Source: Pirellulaceae bacterium
GTDB lineage: Bacteria; Planctomycetota; Planctomycetia; Pirellulales; Pirellulaceae
Assembly: GCA_965233625.1 (NCBI GenBank)
Contig: OZ247499.1
Span: 4,884,419-4,948,418, forward strand
DNA length: 64,000 nucleotides
Direction of reading: 5' to 3'
Below, piece by piece: positions 38,366 through 48,693 of the stretch. Every line of letters begins with the position of its first letter. Within the stretch, counting starts at the first letter, position 1. The notes under the pieces were generated by a model, which saw only the letters and a list, made by a program, of their open reading frames with translations, was not told the origin of the DNA and searched no databases. Position numbers and translations under genes: made by a program.

Positions 38366-40051
38366 ATGACGAAAGAAGTGGAACAAGCCGTCGGAAGATT
38401 TGTCGCCACGCTAGTTGATATTGCTAGCAATGATAGCCGCGTTATGTCCGGCGTGCACGAAATAGCCGCTGCCATTGCCGCCGCCACAAAGTCCGCCCCA
38501 GAAACCGCCCCGGAGCAACCCGCAGCGGACGAAGCAGACGAGAAGACAGGCGATGCCACGCCGCCGTTGACCGTAACCGCACCGCCAGCCGATCCACCGC
38601 CGACGCTTCGCATGGATCAGGCCGCCCGCAAACAACCGGCGCCGGATACCAAAGCAAAACCCGTTTCGCCCAAGTCACGCAAACCTTCGCCCCCGAAGCC
38701 CGATCCGGACGAACCTGTCATTCCCGCACAGGTCGCCGTCGATAGCCTGTGGCCCGCGAAGTCGCCCGATGCCCCTTCGCCTAAGCCAGAGCTGCCCGCC
38801 TCTGCGTACCGGCAGTGGCAGCAATCGGAAACAGAAGACGAATTGCCAGACATCGCCCGCCGTTGCCGCTTGAAAGCAACCGCCGCGCGGTATGCAGGGG
38901 AACGTCGCCAGCGGATGGAAAACGGCGAAGACGTGCACGGTGAGTTTGCCGCCGGAGAGGAACCCTTGCGGGAAGAGGCCGCTGAACTTCCCGCATGCCG
39001 CCTGTGGATGCTGGAACAAGATACGGCGGCGCCCGAATCGGCGTACGACTATGAGCAGATCGCCCGCTGTTACGAGACGCTGGCAGAAGCCGCAGAACTT
39101 ATCTATGCCTTGTGCGAAGACCGCGACCCGCAATATTTCGAGCGTGCTTTAAATCTGCTGGCAGAATCGCAGTCGGCTGTGCGGGTGGCGTCTCTTAAGT
39201 TTGGCGGCCGGACGGATGCGGATCAGGATCTTATCTTCAAGTGGTTGAAGTTCGTCAGTAAGACGGAACAGATTTACATCAAACGCCACATGCGTATTGC
39301 CGACCCGGCCGATCCGGAACTGGCGCCCGGCATTCTTACCCGCGTCCGCACGCTGGGCAAACAGGTTAAAAACGACGCCCGGCAGTCGAAGGTCCGTTCC
39401 AAACGGCTGAAGAAAATCACTTTTATCAGCGGCAAGATTAAAGCCGGCGAAGAGGCCGACAAGCCTAAGCACTGGCGAACGCTTTTTCAGACGATCGACG
39501 ATCTGGTCAACGACGGCGTCCCGCCCAGCAGCCGCGAAATCCGCGACGGCGTGATTGAGATCATTCACGAAATCCCGGAAACCATCAAGAAGATTCCACC
39601 CAACGTGCATCAGGTCATGCGCGAAATCGACAGCTACATCGCCAACCTGGCTGACCACGAAACACCCGCCGCTTCTTCCTCCACCCTTTCACCCCAGGTC
39701 GCGGAAGTTGCGAAGCTGGTCGCGGGGCGCAAGATTCTCTTGATCGGCGGCGACGAGCGGAAGCCGCAGAAGCAGGCCATCGAAGAAGCGTTCGGCCTCA
39801 GCGAACTGGTGTGGTTTGTCACCAAAGAGCATCATCCTGTGCGCGAGTTCGTGCCGCATGTGGCCCGCGACGAAGTGGCGCTGGTGCTGCTGGCGATCCG
39901 CTGGTCGAGCCATTCCTACCGGGAAGTCAACGACTTCTGCCAGCAGTACAACAAGCCGCTGGTCCGGCTGCCCGGCGGCTACAACCCCAACCAGATCGCC
40001 GAACAGGTGCTGACCCAATGCGCGGACCGGTTGCGTGGCGAATCTGTGTAG
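38366..40051 (+). CDS. hypothetical protein: Pro-rich N-terminal half, with a C-terminal small domain bearing ILLIGGDER (possibly DUF2325-like)
   Basis: The ATG at 38366 (MTKEVEQ) is preceded by 'ggag'. No catalytic motifs were found. Confidence 0.5.
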   Translation: MTKEVEQAVGRFVATLVDIASNDSRVMSGVHEIAAAIAAATKSAPETAPEQPAADEADEKTGDATPPLTVTAPPADPPPTLRMDQAARKQPAPDTKAKPVSPKSRKPSPPKPDPDEPVIPAQVAVDSLWPAKSPDAPSPKPELPASAYRQWQQSETEDELPDIARRCRLKATAARYAGERRQRMENGEDVHGEFAAGEEPLREEAAELPACRLWMLEQDTAAPESAYDYEQIARCYETLAEAAELIYALCEDRDPQYFERALNLLAESQSAVRVASLKFGGRTDADQDLIFKWLKFVSKTEQIYIKRHMRIADPADPELAPGILTRVRTLGKQVKNDARQSKVRSKRLKKITFISGKIKAGEEADKPKHWRTLFQTIDDLVNDGVPPSSREIRDGVIEIIHEIPETIKKIPPNVHQVMREIDSYIANLADHETPAASSSTLSPQVAEVAKLVAGRKILLIGGDERKPQKQAIEEAFGLSELVWFVTKEHHPVREFVPHVARDEVALVLLAIRWSSHSYREVNDFCQQYNKPLVRLPGGYNPNQIAEQVLTQCADRLRGESV

Positions 40052-40108
40052 AGAAGCGTTTCCCGTCGTGTCTGCCACTACGGATCGCACCGTGCGGAGA
40101 AAGCCGTG

Positions 40109-40147
40109 CCCCCTCACCCTAGCCCTCTCCCCGGAGGGGCGAGGGGA
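40109..40147. repeat. ~40-bp 'ccctcaccctagccctctccccggaggggcgagggga' element, copy 2
   Basis: Read directly from the sequence, 57 nt after the stop at 40051. Confidence 0.7.
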
Positions 40148-40410
40148 CCAGAAACTGCACCTTCATCTGATCGCCGGTTGGTCGCTCGCTTGCCAGCACT
40201 GCGCGCAGGTTGTTCCGTTATTGCGGCAAATTCGGCTTCTTACCACCAGGAACCATTACAGCGGTTAGGCCTGTTGCGCCGATAGAGAACAAACAACAGG
40301 CGCCTGGAGGTTCTACCTCTGCGCCTGTGTAAACCGTGGGGCATTTGCAAATACATGGCTCTGGCTGTCCGGCAGCGAGGGTCCAATACGCCAGACTGAA
40401 GGTTCAACCT

Positions 40411-41367
40411 ATGCGCATCTTGCCAGGCTGCTTTAGCGCGGCTGGATTCGTCATTCTTGGTTTATCGGCCGCGTTGCTGCATGCACAGCCAGCATCGCCC
40501 GGAGCCGCCGGAGCCAAGATCGAACCGCCCGTCATCACGGCGCTGGCGGTGCAGAGCGGCGGCCCGCTAACGGCGACCGCGGGCGACGATCACTTTGTGC
40601 GTATCTTTAATTCAGAAACGGGCGAACTGGTGCACCGCTTGGCGTCGCACACCGGATGGGTCCGTGCGGTAGCTTTCAGCCCCGATGGCAGCCTGCTCGC
40701 CTCTGGCGGAAACGATCGCCGGTTGCTGCTCTGGCGCCCGACCAACGGCCAGCTGCTGCAGGAAATTGCCGCCCATCGCGGCGCGGTGACGGCCATTGCT
40801 TTCGATCCCCGTGGCGGCAAGGTCGCCGCTGCCGGTTTTGAAGACAAACTGCGGATCTACGACACAACCACCGCCCGGCTGGTGCACGAAGTGGATTGCC
40901 CCTGCAAAGATATCCGCGCCCTGGAATATTCGCCCGATGGCAAAATCATCGCGATTGGCGGACGCGACGGGAAGATTCATCTCTACGATAGCAGCACCGG
41001 AAAAATCCTGCGAAGTGTGGCGGTTCACACCCGCCGCGTGCGGGCCATCAGCTTTGCTCCCGACGGCGCCAGCATCGTCTCGACCGGCGAAGATCGTGCG
41101 GTCCGCGTCACCCCTGTGGCAGACGGCCCTGCCCGCACGCTGCCCCGTCAGAGTGCCAAGATCATGTCACTCTGCTACCTGCCCGGTAACCGTGTAGCAC
41201 TGGGCGGAAGCGACAATGTGGTGCGTGTCTGGGATATCGCCGCCGGCCGGCAGACTCAGAAGCTTGAAGGCCACACGGGAAGCGTTACCGCACTGAAGCA
41301 CAAAGACGGCATCCTGTATTCAGGCGCCTACGATACAACCCTGCGAACCTGGCGTGTCGCTCCTTAA
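40411..41367 (+). CDS. secreted WD40-repeat (beta-propeller) protein
   Basis: A signal peptide, MRILPGCFSAAGFVILGLSAALLHA, is followed by seven or more WD-like units (e.g. GHTGWVRAVAFSPDGSLLASGGNDRRLLLW). Confidence 0.75.
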   Translation: MRILPGCFSAAGFVILGLSAALLHAQPASPGAAGAKIEPPVITALAVQSGGPLTATAGDDHFVRIFNSETGELVHRLASHTGWVRAVAFSPDGSLLASGGNDRRLLLWRPTNGQLLQEIAAHRGAVTAIAFDPRGGKVAAAGFEDKLRIYDTTTARLVHEVDCPCKDIRALEYSPDGKIIAIGGRDGKIHLYDSSTGKILRSVAVHTRRVRAISFAPDGASIVSTGEDRAVRVTPVADGPARTLPRQSAKIMSLCYLPGNRVALGGSDNVVRVWDIAAGRQTQKLEGHTGSVTALKHKDGILYSGAYDTTLRTWRVAP

Positions 41368-41461
41368 GAGCAGCATCCGCCGTTAGCACCGCACACAAGA
41401 AGAACAGCACAGACCTGGTAGGCAGGACGCTTACCGTTTGATTATCGCATGGAGGCGACAG

Positions 41462-44400
41462 ATGAGCTGGCTCCGCAAAATTACACGGAAACTCTGGAAG
41501 AAGCCGGCAGGCAACGCCTGCTGCGATTCCAACGCCAACTCCACCGGGCGCGTCTGCGGGTTCGAAGAGATGGAACCGCGGCGGATGCTGGACGCAGACC
41601 CCATTCAGATCGGCGCCGTGTTCCTGGAAACAGACGACGGCGCCGACACACAGGCCGATGTCTTCGAGATCAGCTTTGAAGGCGGCGCCGCCGGGACGCA
41701 GCTGAAAGAGGTTTATATTGACCTGGATCAGACACCCGGTGGAACGCCCGGTATCTTGCAGGCGCCTGATCTGTTCTTCGACACGGCTGATACTGGTTTT
41801 GGCAGCCGCGAAGCGCATGCGTTTCAGGTCGTTAACGGCGCTGGTGACGGCATCGACAGCGTGCAGGCCGAAGTCGTCGACGGCACCTCGCAGTTGAAGC
41901 TGACGTTCGAAGGCTTCGACGCGGGTGAGAAATTCGTCTTCAGCATCGACGTCGATCACGCCAACCGCACGTTTATCAACGACAACTTCGACCTGCTCAA
42001 TACGGGCAACCCCAACGACCTGACGGCGGCTGAACTTTCCTACATCAACGACAACTCATTTGACTCGCTGGCGTCTGGGCGTGAGTTCGCCACGTCGCAG
42101 TTCCACGCTACCTTCGTGGCGCCCGGCTTTGCCGAGACAACCGGCATGGGCCGTTATGCCGACGATTACAACTTCAACGGAACCACGTTGCAGTTGACCG
42201 GCGATAGCGACACCAACCAGCCCAACCGCACCGACGGTGTGCACTTTCAGCTGGAGCAGGAAGAACTGCCCGTCACTATCAGCGGCCGCGTGTTCCACGA
42301 CCGCGACTTCAACCTGGTGCAGGACGGAACCGGCGCAGATGAAGATCACGGCATCGCCGGCGTTGAGCTATCTCTGCTGAAGCTGAACGAAACCACCAAC
42401 CAGTACGAAGACACCGGCCACACCGCCACCACCGACATCAACGGCGACTATCTGTTCGGCGAAGACCTGGGCCTGGGCTCTGGTACTTACAGTGTGGTCG
42501 AAACACAGCCGGGCGATTATCCGTACAGCGTGGGCGCCATTCCCGGTACGGTTGAAGGCGCCACGTCCGGCGTTGTGGGGCCGTTTGATAACAACGTGAT
42601 CGAACAGATCGTCATCCCGCTGGGCGGACAGGATTCGATCAACAACGATTTTGCCGAAGCCAAGCCGGTTGAGATCAGCGGCTTCGTCTATCACGACCGC
42701 AACGATAACGGCATCCGCGAAACGGGCGAAGAAGGTATCGAAGGCGTCACCATCCGCCTGCTGCCTATCAACACGGTTTCGCTGGAAACGCCGCGCGAGA
42801 TGCAGACCGGCGCCGATGGTTCTTACTCGTTTGAAGGTCTGGCCCCCGGCGAGTACGAAGTTTACGAGATCCAGCAGCCAACCGGTTACATCGACGGTAA
42901 AGACACCGCTGGCAAAATCGGATCGGACACAGTTGGCGTTGCTGGCAACGAACAGATCACCGAGATTTTCCTGCCCAGCGATTCTAAGGGTGTGGAATAC
43001 AATTTCGGTGAGATTCAGGAAGCACGCATCAGCGGCAACGTGCACCTTTCGACGCCCGAAGGCGAATGCTTTGAAGATAACCCCAGCACGCCTTACGTGC
43101 CTATTCCAGGCGTCCGGGTTGAGCTGACAAACCTTGACACCAATGAAGTCCGCCACACGTTTACCGATCAGAACGGCGATTACTCGTTCGACGGTCTGCC
43201 GCCGGGCAACTACAAGGTGGTTGAATTCACGCCGGCAGATGTGCTGGATGGCGGCGCCCGCGTCGGCGAAACGCCTGGTCCTGGCGATGGCATCCTGGAC
43301 CCGGCCGATCCTTCCAACATCATCACCAACATCACGCTAGAGCCCGGCGCCGTCGCCGTAAACTACGACTTCTGCGAGCATCTACCCGCCGAGATTGCCG
43401 GTAATGTCTACCACGACCGCAACAACAACGGCCTGCGTGAAACGGGTGAAGAAGGTATCGGCGGCGTCACCATTATTCTCCGCGACGCTGCGACCGGCGA
43501 CTTCATTTCCGACACCACCACGGAAACTGATGGCTCGTATAAGTTCGAGGGGTTAACCCGCGGCGATTACACGCTCGAAGAAGTGCACCCCACTGCCTAC
43601 ACGGACGGCAAAGATACGGCTGGCACCGTCGGCGGCACGACGCACGGCGTGGCGACGAATGATCTAATCAGCGACGTCCATCTCGACTTCGGCGAGGCGG
43701 GCATCGAGTACAACTTTGGCGAACGTCTGCTGGCGGAAATCAGCGGTAACGTCCACCTCTCGACACCCGATGGCGACTGCTTCGAAGATCTGCCGCAGGG
43801 CGAAGAATACCGCCCCATTGAAGGCGTGCTGATCCGGCTGATCAACGAAGACACCGGCGCCGAGATTACGCAGCTGACGGACTCTGAGGGCAACTACTCT
43901 TTCAAAGATCTTGACCCCGGCACTTACACCGTTGTCGAAACGACGCCGACGGGCTTGATCAACGGCGGGGCACGTGTTGGCGAAACACTGGGCGACGCCG
44001 ACGGCGTGCTCGACGCGCTGCGGCCGGGCGATGCGATCACCAGCATCGAACTAGAGCCCGGCGCCGTTGCCGTGAACTACGACTTCTGCGAGCACGAACC
44101 GGCTTCGATCAGCGGTCACGTGTACCACGATGCCAACAACGATGGCCTGTTCGACAAGATCAACGAAGATCCCATCCCAGGCGTCCGTGTGATTCTTCGC
44201 GATGGCAATGGCAACTTCATTGCTGAACGCACGACCGAAACCGACGGCAGCTACAGCTTTGAAGGCCTGGAAAAAGGCGAGTACATCCTCGAAGAAATTC
44301 ATCCCAATGCCTGGATCGATGGTAAAGACACCATCGGTACGGTCGACGCCATTCCTAACGGCTTTGCTGGCGATGATGAGTTCCTGGCCATCAATCTGCT

Positions 44401-47191
44401 CTACGGCGATGAAGGCGTTGAGTACAACTTTGGCGAACGGCTGCTCGGATCGCTCCGCGGTAATGTGCATCTATCCGACGGTCTGGGCGACTGTTTTGAT
44501 GACAACGTCATCTATCAGCCACTTCCCGGTGTTACCGTTCAGCTGATCGATCAGGCGACCGGAAACATCATCCGCACGACCACGACCGACAATCAGGGCG
44601 ACTACGAATTCGTTGACCTGGAAGCCGGCACCTACACGATTGTCGAAATCACACCGGCCCACCTGCTCGATGGCGGCGCCCGCGTAGGCAACATCGATAA
44701 CGTGGATGTGGGCGTGCTGGAGAACCCCAGCCGGATCAGCACCATCGTGCTGGACCACGGTGAAAACGGTGAAGATTACGACTTCTGCGAACACGAACCG
44801 GCCACCATCTCTGGCTTCGTCTATCACGATCGTGATAACGATGGCCTGAAAGAGACGGGCGAAGAAGGCATCAAAGACGCCATCGTGATTCTCCGCGATT
44901 CGGCGGGCACCGAAATAGACCGGCAGACGACCGGCGATAATGGCGAATACAGCTTCACCGGCCTGAAAGCAGGCGAGTACACACTCGAAGAAATTCAGCC
45001 TTCGGCCTATCTGGATGGCAAGGACACCACCGGCCAGATCGGCGGCAGCGACGTGGGCGTAGCTGGCAACGATGTGATCCAGCAGATTGTTCTGCCCGGC
45101 GGCTCTGACGGCGTGAACTATAACTTCGGCGAACTGCTACCGGCCAGCATCGAAGGTTACGTGCATTCGGACCCGGATCTGAACTGCATCTTCGATATCG
45201 ATGAAGACCCGATCGCAGGCGTGACAATTATTCTCCGCGATGCGAACACCGGCGACATCCTTGCCGATACGGTCACCGACGCCAACGGTCACTATAAGTT
45301 CGACAACCTCGGACCCGGCGAATTCACCATCGAGGAAATTCAGCCCGTAGATTACTTCCAGGGCGGTCAGGTTGTAGGTGTGACCGGCAACGGCGACGCG
45401 ACGGTCGACAACTTCCTGTCGTCCATCACGATCCAGTCGGGCGATGCTCTGGAGAATTACAACTTCTGCGAGATTCCTGCCGGCCGGATCTCTGGCTTCG
45501 TCTTTGTGGACGGCGCCCCGATTCTGACCGACACCGGCGCCCCGCCGAGCGACCTCACCGGCATCCGCGATGGCGTGCTGACCAACGACGATACCCGCAT
45601 CCAGGGCGTAACGCTGGAACTGCGTAACGGTATCACTGGCGACGTGATCAACGGCGAAGACCTGTTGCCCGGCGCCTACCCGAACGGCCCCGTGCAGACT
45701 CAGACCGACGCCAACGGCTTCTACGAGTTCACCGGGCTGCCGCCTGGCAGCTACGCCGTGTACGAAATTCAGCCGGTGCAGTACTTCGACGGTATCGATA
45801 CGCCGGGCACCACTTCCGGCATTGCCGTGAACCCGAATCAACCGCGTTCGGCAGCGGAACAACAATCTATCTTCCTGCTCTCGGAAGATCCTGGCGACGA
45901 CGCGATTATCCGCATCGCTCTGGGAATCGGCGACTCGTCCGAACTGAACAACTTCAGCGAGATCGAGACCACGGTCGGACCGCCGCCGCCGCCGCCACCT
46001 CCACCACCGCCACCACCACCACCGCCTCCACCACCACCGCCGCCACCGGGCACACCGCCCGATGTGCCGCAGGCGCCAACGGCTGCCACTCCGCCGTCGT
46101 CCGTGCTTGCTGTGGCAGGGGGAACCACCGTTTCGACCGTTCGCACCACTGGCGGGTTTGAGTTCAAACCTTACAGCTGGCACCTGAGCGTGATTAACGC
46201 AGGCACCCCGCGTGGTAACGGAGTAGAACTTGCAGAAACCGACACCTTCCAGCAGGCGGGGCACATCAGCCGCGATCGCTGGCAGGCGGAAGACCTGCAA
46301 GGCGGTTCGTTTGAACTGGTCACCGGCTACAACGATCCCGGCAGCCGCGAATTCTCAGAGAAACTGTTTGGCCTCGAAGGCGCCATTCCGGTTTCCGGAG
46401 ACTTCAACGGCGACGGAACCGATGAAGTTGGCGTCTTCCTCAACGGCGAGTGGTTCATTGATATCAATGGCAACGGACGTTGGGACTCAGAAGACCTATG
46501 GGCCAGCCTCGGCGGCGATAAGGACATACCTGTCACCGGCGACTGGGATGGCGATGGCAAAGACGACATCGGTATCTTCGGGCCGCAGTGGTCGGGCGAT
46601 CCGCACGCTATCGAACGCGAACCCGGTCTGCCCGATGCAGACAACGAGCGCAAGATGGTGGACCTCCGCGACGAACTGCTGCGGCGCAAGAACATGCCGC
46701 CACAGCGCGAAGACGCCACCAACGGCCACCGCGTGATGCAGCGTACGCCGGAAGGACGCGTACGGGCCGACGTTATCGACCACGTCTTCCGTTACGGTGA
46801 ACGGCACGATATGCCCGTGGCCGGTGACTGGAACGGCGACGGTATCCGCGACATCGGTATGTTCCGCGATGGCGTGTGGTATCTGGATGTCGATGGCGAC
46901 GGACGCATCAGCTACGCCGACAAACGGATCGAGTTCGGCGCCGCTGGCGACGTGCCTGTAACCGGCGACTGGAACGGCGACGGCATCGAAGATATCGGCG
47001 TCTACCGCAACGGCGTCTGGCATCTGGATGTCAACGGCAACCACGAGCTGGAAGCGGTCGATCGCGTGTTCGAGATGGGCGGCGCCGGCGATACGCCCAT
47101 CACCGGTGACTGGGACGGCGACGGTGTCGACGAACCAGGCATCTACCGCCACGGTCAACACCTGCGGCAAGCCCGTCGCGACGCCAGCTAA
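41462..47191 (+). CDS. giant secreted adhesin-like protein: ~10 SdrD-B/CnaB-like domains in tandem, a poly-Pro linker, and C-terminal FG-GAP/VCBS-like repeats
   Basis: The ATG at 41462 is preceded by 'ggagg'. The N-terminus carries FEEMEPRRMLDADP. Two alternating domain types are seen: ISGFVYHDRNDNGIRETGEEGIEGVTIRLL...GSYSFEGLAPGEY, and ISGNVHLSTPEGECFED...GVRVELTNLDT...GDYSFDGLPPGNY. A run of about 23 consecutive Pro follows. Then come five GDWNGDGxxDIGxF repeats. Confidence 0.85.
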   Translation: MSWLRKITRKLWKKPAGNACCDSNANSTGRVCGFEEMEPRRMLDADPIQIGAVFLETDDGADTQADVFEISFEGGAAGTQLKEVYIDLDQTPGGTPGILQAPDLFFDTADTGFGSREAHAFQVVNGAGDGIDSVQAEVVDGTSQLKLTFEGFDAGEKFVFSIDVDHANRTFINDNFDLLNTGNPNDLTAAELSYINDNSFDSLASGREFATSQFHATFVAPGFAETTGMGRYADDYNFNGTTLQLTGDSDTNQPNRTDGVHFQLEQEELPVTISGRVFHDRDFNLVQDGTGADEDHGIAGVELSLLKLNETTNQYEDTGHTATTDINGDYLFGEDLGLGSGTYSVVETQPGDYPYSVGAIPGTVEGATSGVVGPFDNNVIEQIVIPLGGQDSINNDFAEAKPVEISGFVYHDRNDNGIRETGEEGIEGVTIRLLPINTVSLETPREMQTGADGSYSFEGLAPGEYEVYEIQQPTGYIDGKDTAGKIGSDTVGVAGNEQITEIFLPSDSKGVEYNFGEIQEARISGNVHLSTPEGECFEDNPSTPYVPIPGVRVELTNLDTNEVRHTFTDQNGDYSFDGLPPGNYKVVEFTPADVLDGGARVGETPGPGDGILDPADPSNIITNITLEPGAVAVNYDFCEHLPAEIAGNVYHDRNNNGLRETGEEGIGGVTIILRDAATGDFISDTTTETDGSYKFEGLTRGDYTLEEVHPTAYTDGKDTAGTVGGTTHGVATNDLISDVHLDFGEAGIEYNFGERLLAEISGNVHLSTPDGDCFEDLPQGEEYRPIEGVLIRLINEDTGAEITQLTDSEGNYSFKDLDPGTYTVVETTPTGLINGGARVGETLGDADGVLDALRPGDAITSIELEPGAVAVNYDFCEHEPASISGHVYHDANNDGLFDKINEDPIPGVRVILRDGNGNFIAERTTETDGSYSFEGLEKGEYILEEIHPNAWIDGKDTIGTVDAIPNGFAGDDEFLAINLLYGDEGVEYNFGERLLGSLRGNVHLSDGLGDCFDDNVIYQPLPGVTVQLIDQATGNIIRTTTTDNQGDYEFVDLEAGTYTIVEITPAHLLDGGARVGNIDNVDVGVLENPSRISTIVLDHGENGEDYDFCEHEPATISGFVYHDRDNDGLKETGEEGIKDAIVILRDSAGTEIDRQTTGDNGEYSFTGLKAGEYTLEEIQPSAYLDGKDTTGQIGGSDVGVAGNDVIQQIVLPGGSDGVNYNFGELLPASIEGYVHSDPDLNCIFDIDEDPIAGVTIILRDANTGDILADTVTDANGHYKFDNLGPGEFTIEEIQPVDYFQGGQVVGVTGNGDATVDNFLSSITIQSGDALENYNFCEIPAGRISGFVFVDGAPILTDTGAPPSDLTGIRDGVLTNDDTRIQGVTLELRNGITGDVINGEDLLPGAYPNGPVQTQTDANGFYEFTGLPPGSYAVYEIQPVQYFDGIDTPGTTSGIAVNPNQPRSAAEQQSIFLLSEDPGDDAIIRIALGIGDSSELNNFSEIETTVGPPPPPPPPPPPPPPPPPPPPPPPGTPPDVPQAPTAATPPSSVLAVAGGTTVSTVRTTGGFEFKPYSWHLSVINAGTPRGNGVELAETDTFQQAGHISRDRWQAEDLQGGSFELVTGYNDPGSREFSEKLFGLEGAIPVSGDFNGDGTDEVGVFLNGEWFIDINGNGRWDSEDLWASLGGDKDIPVTGDWDGDGKDDIGIFGPQWSGDPHAIEREPGLPDADNERKMVDLRDELLRRKNMPPQREDATNGHRVMQRTPEGRVRADVIDHVFRYGERHDMPVAGDWNGDGIRDIGMFRDGVWYLDVDGDGRISYADKRIEFGAAGDVPVTGDWNGDGIEDIGVYRNGVWHLDVNGNHELEAVDRVFEMGGAGDTPITGDWDGDGVDEPGIYRHGQHLRQARRDAS
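42250..45500 (+). repeat. in-frame tandem coding repeats, period ~715 bp (pairs of CnaB-like domains), 4-5 units
   Basis: The recurring peptide 'E(I/P)(A/S)(E/S)ISG(F/N/H)VYHD(R/A)N(D/N)NG' starts near 42661, 43381, 44098 and 44803. Confidence 0.6.
45979..46047 (+). repeat. poly-proline codon tract (ccg/cca/cct)n
   Basis: The DNA reads ccgccgccgccgccacctccaccaccgccaccaccaccaccgcctccaccaccaccgccgccaccg, which encodes the continuous Pro run of about 23 residues. Confidence 0.85.
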
Positions 47192-47221
47192 ACTACAACT
47201 GGCAAACGTCAAAAAGAACCA

Positions 47222-47263
47222 ACCGGCGTCACCTGCAACTTGCGGGCGGCGCCGGCTTTTTTA
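47222..47263. terminator. bidirectional rho-independent terminator between the convergent adhesin and VWA genes
   Basis: The hairpin ccggcg-tcacctgcaacttgcgggcgg-cgccgg is followed by cttttttat on the plus strand and preceded by aaaaagaacc, i.e. a T-run on the minus strand. Confidence 0.65.
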
Positions 47264-47287
47264 TGCGCGGGTGTGTTCCGCAATGCA

Positions 47288-48337
47288 TCAGGGTTTAACC
47301 GCTGGCAGTTTCGACACATCCACGTATGCATGCTGGCCGCGGTTCTGCCGGGCAAGCTCTATCAGGAAGTTGTCTTCGGCATCCAGCGGACCATGCCCGA
47401 ATTCAATGGTGTTGATCACCGCAGACGTCCGGTTCAGCCGCCGGATCAGAGCCAGTTCTTCGCTGGTCAAAGGCGGCTCGCGGGCGTCGGTCAGAAAGTA
47501 AATCACATCAGGACTGAGGTTCAGCGCCAGACGCAGCGGCTCCAGATGATACGTATTGCCCTGCGCGGCCATCTTCCGCACAAAGGTGGTGGCCAGCTTC
47601 TTCTCGCGGTCCGAGCCCCACATCATGCGGTTATGCCGCGCGTTGAACGGATTAAAGACGTACGACCGCTCATTGTAAAAGATGATCTGAAACTGGTTCA
47701 TTCTGCCCAGCGGCTCCAGCCCGTTAATCAGCTCGCGCTTCGCCGCGGCGATGGGTCTGCCGCCGAATCCATCCATGCTGCCCGACCGGTCAAAGACAAA
47801 CACGAACTTACTGCCCTGGCTTTGAATACCAAACACGCTGGTCTGAACATCGTTGTTCACCCCTTGGCCGCGGACCTGACCGACCAGTTCACCCGGCGCC
47901 AGATCCCCCGCATCCGGCAACGCCGCTGCCATCGACGCAGCCAGTCCGCCCGTATCTTCCGCCTGCGGAAGAAAGCCCTCCACATCCACCGGCGGCAAGT
48001 CAGCGCTTGGCAGAACGCTCTCAAGCGAAGAGCTACTTGTTGAAGATGCAGCTGCCGCCGCGGTGGAAGCTGCGGCAACAGGCTGCCCCAGATACTGCGT
48101 CTCACCGCTGCTGGATGTAGTCGCCAGCACAATGCCCGCCGCCCGCAACGGCGTACGTTCGGGTGCCGGTGTGGCCATATTCCCCGCAAACAACGCCGCA
48201 GCCAGCACCACCAGAAAATGAAAGCCGCCCGAGAATAACCAGGCAGGCGCCCCGCGACGCGCACCCGTGGCAACAGCCTGCGGATCGCCCGGCGCGCTAC
48301 CTGCGTCTGGCGGAGTCTGATTCACCATCGAATACAT
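47288..48337 (-). CDS. von Willebrand factor type A (VWA) domain protein, N-terminally membrane-anchored
   Basis: The MIDAS motif VFVFDRSGSM (DxSxS) is present. An N-terminal hydrophobic segment, GAPAWLFSGGFHFLVVLAAALFAG, is followed by an Ala/Ser-rich linker. The ATG at 48337 is preceded by 'gggaagga'. Confidence 0.75.
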   Translation of the reverse strand: MYSMVNQTPPDAGSAPGDPQAVATGARRGAPAWLFSGGFHFLVVLAAALFAGNMATPAPERTPLRAAGIVLATTSSSGETQYLGQPVAAASTAAAAASSTSSSSLESVLPSADLPPVDVEGFLPQAEDTGGLAASMAAALPDAGDLAPGELVGQVRGQGVNNDVQTSVFGIQSQGSKFVFVFDRSGSMDGFGGRPIAAAKRELINGLEPLGRMNQFQIIFYNERSYVFNPFNARHNRMMWGSDREKKLATTFVRKMAAQGNTYHLEPLRLALNLSPDVIYFLTDAREPPLTSEELALIRRLNRTSAVINTIEFGHGPLDAEDNFLIELARQNRGQHAYVDVSKLPAVKP

Positions 48338-48475
48338 ACACCCGTTCCTTCCCACCGCCAGCCACAACAGCCGCCAGTGACATTCCCCTTCAATTCGAGT
48401 GTAAAGCCGCCCCGCAAAGCCGTCAAACCAGTTCAGCTATTAGCGTGCAGTTGCGAAGATGCAGCGCGCATTTGC

Positions 48476-48618
48476 ACTAACCCGAAGCGCGAGCGAGGGA
48501 CGCCCCGCGTTGGTGCGAATGGCCCGTCTAAGCTGCTTTCGACTTCATGCGATTTGGCCAAAACACCTTGTTTTCTGCACTAAATCAAACGTCCCTCGCT
48601 CGCGCTTCGGGTTAGTGT
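48476..48618 (-). repeat. PRE copy C, in inverted orientation relative to copies A and B
   Basis: The sequence runs cactaacccgaagcgcgagcgagggacg...gccaaaacaccttgttttctgcactaaatcaaacgtccctcgctcgcgcttcgggttagtg. The inner sequence is the reverse complement of the copy A inner sequence. Confidence 0.8.
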
Positions 48619-48693
48619 GCCAATGCACCTTGTGGGAAAGGTTGGCGTGAAGTGCCGGGTGAGGGCATTTCCCGGCTGCTGGAAAGCGTGGGC

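Noticed and set aside
42250-45500. Periodic repeats as a CRISPR array
   Set aside because: The period is about 715 bp, in frame and protein-coding (CnaB-like domains). There are no short direct repeats with unique spacers.
45137-46300. 387-aa minus-strand ORF and other antisense ORFs within the giant adhesin gene
   Set aside because: These are shadow ORFs generated by the GC-rich repetitive coding sequence. Their translations are W/R-rich low-complexity.
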